Shown: positions 36,400 through 49,393 of the stretch, piece by piece
Layout of the letters: each line of letters opens with the position of its first letter
How positions within the stretch are numbered: the first letter of the stretch is position 1
Origin: Kudoa neothunni
Lineage: Eukaryota; Animalia; Cnidaria
Direction of reading: 5' to 3'
Length of the DNA stretch: 64,000 nt
Assembly (NCBI GenBank): GCA_964304625.1
Contig: OZ199840.1
Span: 5,631,200-5,695,199, forward strand
Notes under the pieces: model-generated
Database searches by the model: none
What the model was told of the DNA's origin: nothing
What the model saw: only the letters and a program-made list of their open reading frames with translations
Position numbers and translations under genes: made by a program

Positions 36400-37198
36400 T
36401 TTCTCTCTCCATCTATATAAACAGTCTAGCTGGCGTATTATTCCTTGACGTTGATGTGTTTGATAAGCGTCATGGAACCTTCATGTAATAGCAGTAATCA
36501 TATCCATAATTCAGATTTGAAAAGTGTTGTCTGAATGTAAAAGTTTGTGAATCTTAATTTCAATGACCTTTTAAGGATATTTGTCATTTTCATAGAAAAT
36601 GAATTCATAATTAATCCGCCATTGAAATGAGGCCTATCTAGTTTTGCAACCAGATGCAAAGATTAGTATGGTATCACTAAAATGGGATTCTAAATGAGAG
36701 TAAATCTAGACATGTTAAAGTTTATGTCTGATCGAGTTTTAGTCTTTTTGCTTCAAGATCGGTAATGAAAACATTTTTATATTGGTCACCCTCATGGAAG
36801 TTTTCAAAGTGGTCACATAACGTTGCATCAAAGAAGCTATAATTGCTTAGTTATAGCATTACACAGCATACATTGTGAACACTAACTTCCATCGTCATCG
36901 GTTTCCATAGGGAACCCATACTCTTCTAACCATTTTCTCGTTTTTAACGCATATTTATAATAATTAGCAATGCTAAAAAAATAATGATTAATAGTTTAAT
37001 TTTGAGATTTTTTACAAAAATATTATAGTCTAATAAAAGAGTTAATTTTTGTAAATATTATTTTATGTCAGCAATTGTTTTTGCAGTTAAATGAGTGGAG
37101 AAAAGTTACTTTGAATATTCTTGGACCTGTCAAATACTTTGTACAGAACGAGCAATAAAAATGTACTCGTCCGTTGAACCTCGCTTGGGAACCACTAA
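36400..37198 (-). mobile_element. Decayed hAT (Buster/Charlie-type) transposon, 5' part
   Basis: Minus-strand terminus TAGTGGTTCCCAA at ~37198. Broken-frame motifs EEYGF...QCMLC...L.DHFENFH (BED finger), LVAKLDRPHFNGGLI (cf. IAK..KPHTIGE.LI), SDNT and QLD. Confidence 0.6.
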
Positions 37199-38200
37199 TT
37201 TATAAACTATTATCACCTTATGATCAAAATGATACAAACTTAAAATCTAAAATATTGATCAAGAAAAAACTGTAAAAATTAATTGTTGCTATTAGTTATT
37301 ATTTTATATTAGATATAACAAGTATTGAACCGATATTAAAATTATTTATTTTTTGAAACATAAAAAACCTTGAGCGTAAATTCTTAGTCAGAAGTATATA
37401 AATATCGTTAGTTGATTATTTGAGAGTAAGTGAAGAAATATGTATTGTCAATAATGTATGAAATCTACACGTTGATAATGGTCTGTTGGTATTATTTTGA
37501 TTGAGAATAGAATATTTTATACAATTAGTTTCGTATAAATGAATTAATGAAATCTTAGATTATTTCTAATCATTAATCCAAAAATTATATTATATGTTCA
37601 AGCTACAATGTAACATCCAGTAATTATCAAATAATACTCACATTATATCAGATATAGACTCTAGAATTGATAAATTATATATATTATCAATTATAAGAAT
37701 CCAATATAACCACATGTATTGAATAAATTTAACAGTAGAGTGAAATAATGCTATCACTTTCTTCTATTTTACTTATGTAGATTATAACTATAAACGAATT
37801 TTTAATACCAAAACATTTATATTGAATGCCAGTAAGATCATCATCCGTATTTTCACTAAGGATTATATTGAAAAATTTCATTAAAACATTTATATATTTC
37901 ACACGCGAATTGTTAGAAGGTTATTAAATAATTAATTTTACGTTATTAGATATATAATAGAAATAAAAAATCATATTCGACTATGCGTAAAAGATATATT
38001 GTTTGTTCTACATATTAATCTCATTTGGAAACTTTTTTGGAACCTTTATTTTATATATTTGGGATGTTATGTTCGAATGAGTGCATACGAATGTGATTCG
38101 CTCATATTTAAACCTTATTGTGCTGTTAATGAATGGGAATTAAGGGCAAGTCTATATCATGTCGAACAAAGACGATATAGCCCACAACGACTAACTTAAA

Positions 38201-39519
38201 ATGAGAACTCTATTGTCTATAATTCTCCTTTTCAGCTCACTTTATTTAGATCAACTTGCTAGTATTCATAAGCTTAATTATACAAATTAAATATATTATA
38301 GGAATAGCCTTCGCAGATTACTCATTAAATGAGGGAGTTTGTCCTCACGAAGCAGGACAAACAGTTGATACAACTTGCTTTAAATTTGACAGATGGTACA
38401 TTGATGCAGCCACTCGAGAGTGCAAACCATTCAAATATAAAGGATTTGGTGGAAACTTTAACAACTTTGCTACTGAGAAACAATGCAAAGATCATTGTAT
38501 ATCTATTAATTTACACATATAGAATATAAATATAATTAGTCACTATTACTCCTAACGATAAAGCAAAGGGATGTTCAGAAGATGCTGCTAAGTCTGGGGA
38601 ATGTGGACCAACAACCGGTGTAACAAAATGGTCATATTACCCAGGGGAATCAAATGGAGAATGCAAATCATTTACATATAAAGGGTGTGGAGCAAGCAAT
38701 AATGTTTACGATAGCCAGGAAGAATGTGAGGGATATTGCAAAAGTAACAACTTTATATTGATGAATAAATGTATTTGTTTAATTTAGAGGAACATTCAGC
38801 GATTAATAAATATGATTGTCATGTGAAGCCTGAGATAAACGATAGTAGCCCACAAACTGGTATAATAGCACACACGAAATATCGTCGTTGTGTATACGCG
38901 GCGGTTCAAAATGACAATCATAAGAATGCATGGAGTACAACCAACCCCAGGCCCCGAGGAGTCTTCAAATCATTCCAAGAGTGTGTGAAAACATGTTATC
39001 GTAGCTTATTAGAGAATAAATTAATCTTTATTTTAAAAATCTAGCAACTGAGGATAAAAAAATTCCAGCCTGTAGAACTAACACACCTCACATATTCCCT
39101 AAATCAGATTCAGCGTGGAAAAATAATAATGTGGTAGTTCGATATTATTACAATAAAGGCGAAAATAAATGCCACCGGATGGAGAGTTGGCCTGGAGAAT
39201 TCAACCCAAATAACAATATTTTCGGGTCTAAGGATTTGTGTTTGAGTTATTGTGGAGGTAATAATTAAAATAATTGTTGAATATCAAATGAGATATTACA
39301 GGTGTAGACGAGGATTTTGAAACTGCTGAAAATATATGTGAGATGAGTGTTGAATCAGTATATGACGAAAAGAATGAAAATACCAAAGGAAATCTAAATG
39401 TAACGAGATATTATTATTCTCAATCAGACCAAACATGTACACCTTTTCAATATGGAGGCGTTGGAGGAAACGGAAACAACTTTTTAACAAATGCGGTTTG
39501 TGAAAAAGTGTGCAAATAA
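38201..39519 (+). CDS. Secreted five-Kunitz-domain protein, copy 1
   Basis: Signal exon MRTLLSIILLFSSLYL, then one Kunitz/BPTI-like domain per exon (RWY...CKPFKYKGFGGNFNNF..C..C; FTYKGCGASNN; RYYY...FQYGGVGGNGNNF). Short phase-1 introns. Confidence 0.88.
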
Positions 39520-41099
39520 CAACTCTAAATGTTATTGCATAAACGTTTGATATTGATATTTTAGAAAATGTCCAATTTATTAATACTATAATTTTGTCTT
39601 ATTAATTTACTTGTATTGTTTTATTGAGTATTTAAATAATTTAAAAAATTTTCAACAACTTTAATTAATGGGTGATTTATGGATATAGGATTATAATGGT
39701 AAAATTCGATTCATGATTTTTTAGGATTTACAGTTTATTTTTATCCAACATATATGATTCCAAAATAAATGCTTACAAGATTTAAATATATATAGTTGAG
39801 TATCAGATTAAATTGTTTTTACGAAAATTAAGTTTACATCTTCAAATAAGACTGATTTTTATGGATTGAAATAATGTGGAATTCCTGGTAAAAAAATGAT
39901 AATTTATCATTTTGGTAGCGCATTTACCGACGATCCTATCCGTATAATAAAATATGCAATTAATGAGCTATTTTGCTAGATTATTTATAAAATAATCTTT
40001 AAAATACTCACTGGGTGGTTCTATTAGTAATAAACCAGGATTTTATCCTCAAATTTAGAATATACGAACGACCAACTTGAACATATTTATAAGGTAAATA
40101 AATATTCAAAAATATTAGATGATGTTAATTATTGCAACTTCATTGTGATATTGAATCTAAAATTTTAAAATACATTTGCATAAAATGTATCATTACTTAT
40201 AAATATAACCCTATAACAATATGTTAATGAGTAATCTTATGAATATTTTGTAATTCAACTGAAAAAAATGAGAATGTTCCTCACAATCGCATATACCCAA
40301 CTAAGGAATAAGAAAATTAAAAATGCAAAAGTTGTGAGTAAGTGTTTTTTTAATCCATAAATATAAAGAGAAAATTATATAATCAGAAAATATTTTTTAT
40401 CCCCTTTTTAGAATTTTTATAATACGAAATATTTTTTATTTAACTCTATCACATCCATGGTGTATATAAACACATGTCCGAAATTTAAATATTATGAAAG
40501 AATACTTAAAACTGAAGGATTTAAATATATACTATTTTATTATGTCATATCAATTGATTTTGCTCAAAAAAATTATATTATATATTTATAAATAGGAAAA
40601 GAAAGATTTTGAATATAAACCTATGGAAGACATTATTTAAATAGCATTGGTTTGATATTATAATAATTCTGACTGTTTGTCCACAATAAATAGATCGAAA
40701 TAATAGTATACTTATAAAGAAATATTTAAAACTTATATTTTTTAGTCAATATAAAAAATTATTTCATTAAAGGATATGCCAATTAATGGAAGTAGATAAC
40801 CGATTTCACGCACTACGTTCGAGAGAAGAATAAGATATGTACAATTTCTCACGTCCGGTTATAAGTAGATTTTAGGGGCCAGAGCTGTTAAGAAAATTTA
40901 TTTGTTTAACGTTATCGAAACCATTTTTAAAAATAAAATTTTGTTATTTTATTAGTTAAGGTCAGCATAATACGCTGTTAATGAGAAAATCTATTAAATT
41001 ATCTATGAGAAAAATATTTTTTTAATTGGATTTGTTTCAATTCGTTTGAAGGAATCATGAGTATCGACTCATGTTCTGCTTTTAAAATAACATTTAGAT

Positions 41100-42050
41100 T
41101 ATTTTTCTGCATCCTTTCAAATTATTTTAAACAATGCGACTATTCTAAATTCTCTAAATATTTAAGGGATGTTTTGGAGAGAGTTTAATTTCGTTTGAGT
41201 GATTCACCCAGCCGCCTGGTAGGTCCGCGTCATGACGATAATATCCCAAAGGATTTATTGGAAAATAAAGGCATAAATAATCTAACTAATTACATTATTT
41301 GACCATTTCGGATGCAAAAATAAACTCATTTAAATAAAGGGTTTTCATATGGCTACTACTTCTCGTTGATCATTTCAGTTGTTTCATTCACGGTCAAATC
41401 ACTACAAACGTTTTTCATTAATATCGACTAATAAATTGTCTTTCGATTCAAAAGAAATATCGTGAGCTGAGGCAGATCTTAGACAGGAAAATACTGCATT
41501 AAATAATTAAGTGTATATCTTGAAAAAATCATCAAGCTATTTGAATTAATCCCTAACTCCGAGATGTTTGGTAGGAGCTAGCTTTATTCCTCAATAGAAG
41601 AACAAGGAATAAAGCGTGTAATTATCGTTCCTCTTATAGATGGATTTAAAGAATGAATGACTCTTTGATCAGACAGGTACAAAATCTTGTTTTGATTTTG
41701 GTGAAAAATACATATTTCACGTTAGAAGAATATTTGGAAACAAGAAGGTCGCATTATCTAACAGTAATAAAACATTTATAGTAGAGTTTCAAGATGTACC
41801 TTAAGAAAATACATCGAGTTATCCGAGTCCTTTTGTTAGAGTCGAATAAATGTTGGTAAACTTCTTAATATTTTAGAAAAAACAAGGGATTTTATTACGT
41901 CCGATTTGCCAATGGATCTTGCATAACGATAACATAATGATGCTTTCAATATTATTGTCAAACGATATTTTATAGACCCTCTCGGATGGATCACATAACG
42001 ATTATCTTAAAATAAATTTTTTTATATTTAGCAACCTGTTGTTGGCAGAA
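41100..42050 (-). pseudogene. Possible decayed LTR-retrotransposon integrase fragment
   Basis: Minus-strand remnants HYVIVMQDPL (~41910-41940) and LSDQ (~41665-41676) occur in the order expected for the first two residues of the DDE triad. Many stops. Confidence 0.3.
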
Positions 42051-44298
42051 AAGGACCGGTTTCATCAATATTATGAGGGAAAATCCCTCTCAATTCTCTA
42101 CAAGTTTACATTTCCATTACGATGTAATTTCAAGATCAACGCCAACAGATACATCAGAGAAGTTAACTTTTAAGTAATTTACCATTTTTAAAACAATGAA
42201 GATTTCCATTAATTGCAGTTAAATTAAATTTTAATCTCAAAAACTTATTTTTTTGAATGATAATGTTTGTGGTACTTACTCGACCCCTTTGCCCTGTATC
42301 TGATAATTCCATTTTGTTCCTCTTTAGTGAACGTATCATTTTCCCATAATCAAATATTGCATTTTATTTCAAAATATACCATCCTAATAAATTTGAAACA
42401 TCCCCCCTTTTTGCATTTACGTTAAGAGTTGTAATCGAAGTATGTTGAAAATGCTTAGTGATAGCGTCTTCTGAATCTTATGATGAAAATCTATGCGAAT
42501 ATTTTGTGAAGTATTTCTGTTATATAAAGTAATTTTTATTTCTTTTATAAGATCTTTAACAGCCGACGCCACTGTCAAAAAACTTATTCCCAAAAAATAT
42601 GCAGGAAGTGGCCAATCACGTGACGTCGGGTATATGTTTTTAAAAACTTTATATTTTTGTATATTATTAACATTGACTAAAATTTAAATGAATCATTATT
42701 GTATCAAAATTAAATATTTACACAAAATAGTCTTCTTTTAAAAAATGATTGACATTGGCTACCTATTGTATAATTTATCCTGTCGGTTTTGATTAATTAT
42801 TTCAAAACTCATCCTTTTAAGTAAAAAATAGCCAAGAAATATACATGTTTTTAAATCTAACAATCGAATATCAAACTTTTTTATTTATGTTTTTCTTTGA
42901 AGTTAACTCTTCAACTTTCTAACAACCAGACAATAATAAATGGTCATTTTTAATGAAAATTCTTGTTTGAATCGTAATCGAAAATATCTACTTATTCATA
43001 TTAATAAAAAGGATTTTTGTAATCCAAACTTTAAAACTTCCTAAAAACCTCTAGGAAGTTATCCCCTCCCTATTTTTGCTGATATGAAAAATAGTGATAT
43101 TTAGTTTTCTGCTGAAAACTATAGCATAAAGACAAAATTAATGATTGGAATAATTTATTAATATAATCATTAATCAACTGAAAAAAGGAGAAAATATCAT
43201 ACTAATAGTGAAGGTATTATAAATCAACCAAAAGTTTGCTCCAAACCTATATATTTTTCATATTTTTTCGTTACATAAGACATGAGATCTAAAAATTTTG
43301 ATTACATGCACCTGATATGATCCATACTTAAAAATTGTTTTATATCTTGTTCAGTATAAAATAATATAATCAAAGGAATAAACTTGTTAATTTATTTGGA
43401 AATTATCAAATCATATCAAGTTAATCTTATTCGTAAGAATTATTCTCAAATTATTTATGCAAGTTTAGCATCTGTCATGAATTGCAAGTAATTATTCTGT
43501 ATTTATCTTATTGAGCTACACAGATCAGAAGAATCGTGAATGTAATCATTTAGCTCTTTCACGCCACACCTGCAATTAAACGAACAGCCAAAAAATTTAA
43601 TTAAATAGGAGGAAAAATTATTTTCTATTTAACAATTGAAGTGCTTACTTTTAGATATACTAATAAAATATATGCTGGAGTATGAAATGAATAGAAGGTG
43701 GCATGGTTCAAACAGAAGTTATATCCATATTATTATTGACTATGTCAAATATTTTATATTATTTTAATATATATATATATATCGAGGTATTCCATTAAAA
43801 TCAATGCTGATGGTATAAGAAACCCCGATCGTTAATTAAAAATCAAAATTTTATGAGTGCTTTCAATAATTAATATGGAATATTAATCCAATGATGATCA
43901 CAATAATTCTACACTATTAATAGCTTTATAGACATTTGTATCTTTCAGTAATTCTTCAAATCATTATGTATCTTATGAAATAATAATTTTTATTATTTGT
44001 ATAGCTAACGTTACGAGGGTACATAAAAAATTCGCATCACCATAAATTGAAATCACGGAAAATAGATGAAAGTGTTTTATTAAACATATAAAAAAGTCAT
44101 TAATTTCTTGCTATTGATTGAATGATTAAAATATCATTAATCTCGTTTTATATTAATTTCAAAAATTATATTTAAATTGGAATCAACCCAAGTGATTGAG
44201 TCGCGATTAAATCTTATTGATCTATTATTGAATTAATATTAATGATAGTCTGCATTAAATCGAACAAAGACGATATAACAAACAAGAACTAACTCATC

Positions 44299-45624
44299 AT
44301 GAGAACTTTATTGAATTTAATTTTCTTCTTCAGCTCACTTTATTTAAATAAACTTGATAGTATACTTAAACTTAATTATAAAAATTAAATGTATTATAGG
44401 AATAGCCTTCACAGATTACTCATTAAATGTGGGAGTTTGTCCTAACAAAGCAGGACAAACAGATGATGCAGCTTGTTTTGAATTTGACAGATGGTACATA
44501 GATGCAAGCGTTCCAGAATGCAAGTTATTCAAATATAAGGGATTCAGTGGAAACTTTAACAATTTTGCTACTGAAAAACATGCAAAGATCATTGTATTTC
44601 TATTAATTTACACATTTAGCATATAAATATAATTAGTCACTATTACTCCTAACGATAAAGCAAAGGGAATGTTCAGAAACTCCATCTATTTCGGGTAAAT
44701 GTGGGCCAACAACCGGTGTAACAAAATGGTCATATCACTCAGGAGATAAACAATGTAAAGAGTTCACATATAACGGGTGTGGAGCAAGCAATAATGTTTA
44801 CGATAGCCAGGAAGAATGTGAGGGATATTGCAAAAGTAACAACTTTATACTGATGAATAAACGAATAAGCGTAATTTAGAAGATCCTTCGGAGGTTAATG
44901 GATATTGACTGCTATGTAAAGCCTGAGATAAATAATAATAGCCCACAAACTGGTAATAATAGCACACACGAAACATCGTCGTTGTGTATACGCGGCGGTT
45001 CAAAATGATGATAATAAGAATGCATGGACTGCAGCCCACCCCCCAGGCCTCGAGGAGTTTTCCAATCATTCCAAGAGTGTGTGAAAACATGTTATCGTAG
45101 CTTATTAGAGAATAAATTAATCTTTATTTTACAAATCTAGCAACTGAGGATAAAAAAATTCCAGCCTGTAGATCTAACACACCTAACATATTCCCTAAAT
45201 CAGATTCAGCGTGGACAAATAATAATGTGGTAAGTTCGATATTATTACAATAAAGGCGAAAATAAATGCCATCGAATGGAGAGCTGGCCTGGAGAGTTCA
45301 ATCCAAATAACAATATATTCGGGTCTAAGGATTTATGTTTGAGTTATTGTGGAGGTAATAATTAAAATAATTGTTGAATATCAAATGAGATATTATAGTG
45401 TAGACGAGGATTTTGAAACTGCTGAAGATATATGCCAGATGGATGTCGCATCAGTATATGAGGCAAATGATGTTGAAAACAAAGGGAATTTAAACATAGC
45501 GAGATATTATTATTCAACTACAGAGCAAAAATGCAAAGAGTTTCAATATGGAGGGGTTGGAGGAAACGGAAACAACTTTTTAACAAATTCGATTTGTGAA
45601 CAAGTGTGTAATACTCCACTCTAA
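44299..45624 (+). CDS. Secreted five-Kunitz-domain protein, copy 2 (several 1-bp indels: pseudogene or assembly error)
   Basis: Same six-exon layout as copy 1. Frame-breaking indels near 44580, 44668, 44905, 44956 and 45232. Confidence 0.8.
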
Positions 45625-45924
45625 CGACGAACTTTCATAATAAATAAGAGATATTTAAAATACGTATAATTTTTGGTTATCTTCCCACTACATATCTAGC
45701 TTTGGGAATTTTTTCTTTTGTGTTTTATAGTTATTATCTTGTTGTGGCAATCATGTCGTCCAATGGAACACACTGAAAAAAGTTTTCTAATTGACTAATA
45801 AACAAGTTTATAACATTTTTCTAAAATACAAATATTACATATAATGTTTGAATATTGCTCGAAAATATTATTCGAATGTAAATTATAAGTTTTTAGTCTT
45901 ATATTGTATTTGGTGAGTGGATAT

Positions 45925-46829
45925 ATAACCCCTTTTTTAATTTTTTGGAAATAATAATTTTTCTAATATATCATTTTTGTAAGGTAAATAAAAAATATAT
46001 ACGTCAAACATCATATTTATTATATTTCCTAACATTTTGTAGATGTAACTGTTTTATCGCAAAAGTCTTTTTCATCGTGTGTAAAGTTCATAAAATGATT
46101 AGAAAAATCGTTATATTTAAGTATATTTTCATTAATTTTTAATTTATTACTCCCGAATAGTTTTCTACAAACAGAAAAATATAACTCATCGTCTGTCTAT
46201 AGTTCCTGCGATTAAGTTAAATTTTACTGATTATGTTGAAAATTAACGCAAACCAATAAATGTCTTAGGATTGCACAAGTCAAATTCAGTGCAATCTCCG
46301 TAATCATGCGAAATTTGATTTGATCTTTTTCAAATTATTAGTTCTATAATGCATATTCTATGGAATATTTCTTCAGGGATAAAAGACTCCAAATATGATA
46401 ATTCGTGTAAATATTTCCTGATATTATTATTTGGTTTTGTCCGTAACTATTTCGTTTTTTTAATTTAAAAATAATCCCATAGCGCGTATTGAAACCATTC
46501 AAACTTGTAATACTCTACTTTTGGTTTATATTTGGATTTGAAGTATGTGAAGCTTCGTTAGTATTTTCTCAAGTATTACTTCTTCATAGTTTTGAAAAAA
46601 GATTGTAACATTTATTATCAAATAAAGTATCACGGCTGAAGTCGGAGAAATATGAATCATCACTATTGAGGCTACAAAAATTTTCGGGTCCATAAAATTG
46701 AAATATGTTATTAAATAGTCAAAAAGATGCGAACGCATACGATCTAGAAGAAGTATATATTGTTGAACACGAGTTATTGGGTAATGAAAATAACGTGGGT
46801 TCATTTGACCCCATGCGTGCCATAGAGGG
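45925..46829 (-). mobile_element. piggyBac-family remnant between Kunitz copies 2 and 3
   Basis: Minus-strand end TTAA|CCCTCTATGGCACGCATGGGGTCAAATGAACCCA (46833 down) resembles the 15011 terminus. Residual FIPEEIFHRI...TN and KTFIGL motifs. Other end uncertain. Confidence 0.55.
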
Positions 46830-47184
46830 TTAAGTAATGTACTCAATAATTATATATCATATGAAAAAATAATGAATATTATTTTTACAGCTAACATTGT
46901 TTGGTTACATAAAATATTGGAATCACATTAAATTGAGATTCTAGAAAATAGATGAGAACGTTATTAAAAATGACATACTAATTCATGAATTTTTTGTTTA
47001 TTTATTGCATGAGTAAAATATCAATAATTTTTACTATATTGATTTGAAAAAGTTTGTTTAAACTGAATCATACGCAATTGATTCGGTCGTGATTAAATCT
47101 TATTGACCTATTATTGAATGGGTATTACTGACAATCTTTACTAAATCGAACAAGAACGATATAACACACAAGGTCTAACTCATC

Positions 47185-48510
47185 ATGAGAACTCTATTTA
47201 ATTTAATTTTCTTTTGCAGCTCGCTTTATTTAAAAAAACTTGATAGTATACTTAAACTTAATTATAAAAATTAAATGTATTATAGGAATAGCCTTCACAG
47301 ATTACTCATTAAATGTGGGAGTTTGTCCTAACAAAGCAGGACAAACAGATGATGCAACTTGTTTTGAATTTGACAGATGGTACATAGATGCAAGCGTTCC
47401 AGAATGCAAGTTATTCAAATATAAGGGATTCAGTGGAAACTTTAACAATTTTGCTACTGAAAAACAATGCAAAGATCATTGTATTTCTATTAATTTACAC
47501 ATTTAGCATATAAATTTAACTAGTCACCATCACTCCTAACGATAAAATAAAGGGGTGTTCAGAACCCCCTGATGTATCTGGTGCATGTGGGCCGACAAAC
47601 GGTGTAACAAAATGGTCATATCACCCAGGAGATTCAAATGGAGAATGCAAATCATTCACATATAAAGGATGTGGAACAAGCAATAATGTTTACGATAGCC
47701 GGGAAGAATGTGTTGGATATTGCAAAAGTAACAACTTTATACCGGTGAATAAATGTATTTGTTTAATTTAGAGGAACATTCAGCGATTAATAAATATGAC
47801 TGCTATGTAAAGCCTGAGATAAATAATAGTAGACCACAAACTGGTATAATAGCACACACGAAATATCGTCGTTGTGTATACGCGGCGGTTCAAAATCACC
47901 CAAATAACATATGGACTACTGCCAACCCCAGACCTCGAGGAGTTTTCCAATCATTCCAAGAGTGTGTGAAAACATGCTATCGTATCCATATTAGATAATA
48001 ATTCAATTCTAATTTAATATCTAAAGCAAATGACGATGATAAAATCCCAGCCTGTAGACAGAACAAACCCCACATATTCCCTAAATCAGATTCAACGTGG
48101 ACAAATAATAATGTGGTAGTTCGTTATTACTTCAATAAAGATGATAAAAAGTGCCATCGAATGGAGAGCTGGCCTGGAGAGTTCGATCCAAACAACAATA
48201 TTTTCGGATCTAAAGATTTATGTTTGAGTTATTGTGGGGGTAATAATTAAAATAATTGTTGAATATCAAATGAGATATTACAGGTGTAGACGTAGATTTT
48301 GAAACTGCTGAAGATATATGCGAGCTGGATGTCGCATCAGAATATGTTGAAAATAATGTCGATAAAACGGGAAATTTAAACATACAAAGATATTATTATT
48401 CGAAAACAGATAAAACATGCAAAGAGTTTCAATATGGAGGAATTGGAGGGAATGGAAACAACTTTTTAACAAATTCGATTTGTGAACAAGTGTGCAATAC
48501 TCCACTCTAA
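47185..48510 (+). CDS. Secreted five-Kunitz-domain protein, copy 3
   Basis: Same six-exon layout, ending CEQVCNTPL* at 48510. Confidence 0.85.
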
Positions 48511-48621
48511 CGACGAACTTTCATAATAAAATAGGGATATAAAATACGAACAGTTTTTTGATATCTTAATATCACATATTTACCTTTTAATATTTTATTC
48601 TATTTTATCTTATAGTTATTA

Positions 48622-49393
48622 CCCTAAATAAAATGGGATAGATTTCTACCCCAAGTGAATTTTGCCAACAGTATTTTAGTGTATAAATGGAACATAATAT
48701 CTTTCCATGTATTTTACTCTTTTATATTTATGAAAGCTTTCAGAAAAACTAGTAGAAATTTTTTTTGTCATATATGAAACAAGTTAGTGTAAAAAACACC
48801 TTCCAAATAAAATTATTTAAAATATTGATTCATGTGATTTTTATAAAGTTACGGAAATTCTATCGAGTAAATAATGAATAAATAACGAAACACCCTATTC
48901 GCGATGTCAGTACGCACGCACAGCGTCGATATAAGCACGGTGCTCTCTTCTTAATACAACGATAGTTTCTCATTCTCTCATTATTTCTATACCAGTTATT
49001 CAAAATACGATGACTTCATAAGTTTACTTATTTCCACGTTTTAGAGAGCATTAAAAAATATATATGATAACTTATTTGTGAAATAAGCACTATTACCCTG
49101 CGTTGTTTAAAATTAGATAAATTAAGTGGCAGCTGTTATGAAATTTGAATTAAATTTAAAAATTAAAAATCCGCAGAAATACACCTATACAAACAATTTT
49201 ACTCCATACAAATGTAACAACATAAATATGCGCACATGCGTACACAGAATAAAACTTTAATAATTGGGTATTTATTCAAAATTTATTCGATGAATTTTCC
49301 TCATATTTTTTCAGTCAATGTTGAATTTCATTTGAGACAATTTTATCAAATAAAAAAGTGGGGTAGATTTCTACCTCATTTTTATTTGGAGGG
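48622..49393. mobile_element. MITE-like element with ~33-bp imperfect TIRs
   Basis: Left ccctaaataaaatgggatagatttctacccca vs reverse complement of right ccctccaaataaaaatgaggtagaaatctacccca. No ORF inside. Confidence 0.6.
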
